From Glycera tridactyla (lineage: Eukaryota), in the NCBI GenBank assembly GCA_965644265.1, contig OZ286466.1, positions 17,546,001 through 17,610,000 of the forward strand: 64,000 bases of DNA, written 5' to 3'. The notes under the pieces were generated by a model. It was not told the DNA's origin. It searched no databases and saw nothing but the letters and a program-made list of their open reading frames with translations. A program made the position numbers and the translations under genes. Positions 63,419 to 64,000 of this stretch are shown here, in pieces (within the stretch, counting starts at the first letter, position 1; every line of letters begins with the position of its first letter).

Positions 63419-63826
63419 GTAAGTGCCATGATCATCCATTGATCCCACAGGAGTTAACAAATATCCGAGAATCATGCGGGTATAGCAGAAAAATAATTCC
63501 CATCATGATCTGCAATAACAAGAATGACACCGTGAGGGCCTATGAATTTTCAATTTGGATAGGGATCTAAAGGAATGAGTCTAGAATTATCCCATCCTTA
63601 CCTCATTCCGTGGGCATCTCAATAAACCGCAAGCGGTGCTCACAGGATGTAAAACAAATAAGCATTCAACCGAACCACCCTGAATGTCAGTAACCTTCGT
63701 ATTTTCCCACCCTCCATTGTGGGCCCGGGTAGTAGGTGCACACAAATCAGATCTGGTTCATTGAAGACACCATCTCTGGTGTTTAGGAGTGTCAAAAGTC
63801 TCTCCAGAATCGAGTAAATGATACAC

Positions 63827-63972
63827 CGGAGCTAGGGTTTTCAATACACCAGAACTGGGGTATCGAATACACTGGACCTGGTGTTTTGAATACTCCAGAC
63901 CAGGGGTTTGGATAAACTGGACCTGGCATTTTTAATGCACTGTACCTGACGTTTTCAATACACTGGACCTGA
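63827..63972 (+). repeat. Degenerate ~23-bp minisatellite (CTGGACCTGGTGTTTTCAATACA-like), ~6 copies
   Basis: Direct reading. Confidence 0.75.
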
Positions 63973-64000
63973 TATAACCAAAGATGGTTGAAAGGACGTT

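Overview
Repeat-rich invertebrate genomic window. It has spliceosomal GT-AG introns, microsatellites, SINE/HINE-type repeats and three N gaps; the repeat types suggest a lophotrochozoan or mollusc-like animal, but the taxon cannot be established from the sequence. Three host genes are supported. (1) INTS2, exons 1-2 on the minus strand (7663-7380, 1498-1360), with a 5'-truncated Ty3/Gypsy pol in intron 1. (2) An unrecognised gene assembled from three splice-phase-compatible exons (32140-32158, 47286-48026, 48839-49092). It encodes a 337-aa low-complexity protein with a Met/Gly/His tract, 11 Cys-Pro motifs, an acidic CC tract and a (GH)n/RGG tail. (3) The start of a secreted or membrane LamG-like protein gene (59005-59077, 61794-62453, 63236-63418). 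The main mobile element is an apparently intact, very young 7.9-kb Ngaro-type tyrosine-recombinase retrotransposon (23768-31703). It has identical split direct repeats (A1...B1-A2-B2), gag, RT/RNase H and YR, and an SGNH hydrolase ORF placed upstream of gag; it ends about 440 bp before the start codon of gene 2. Also present are a full-length hAT element with one frameshift nested inside a SINE-like repeat, a decayed SAP-SWIM-YqaJ (ISL2EU-like) ORF, an I-group LINE relic, a 210-bp satellite carrying a small retroposon insertion, and many MITEs. All coordinates were read by eye, and no database searches were run.
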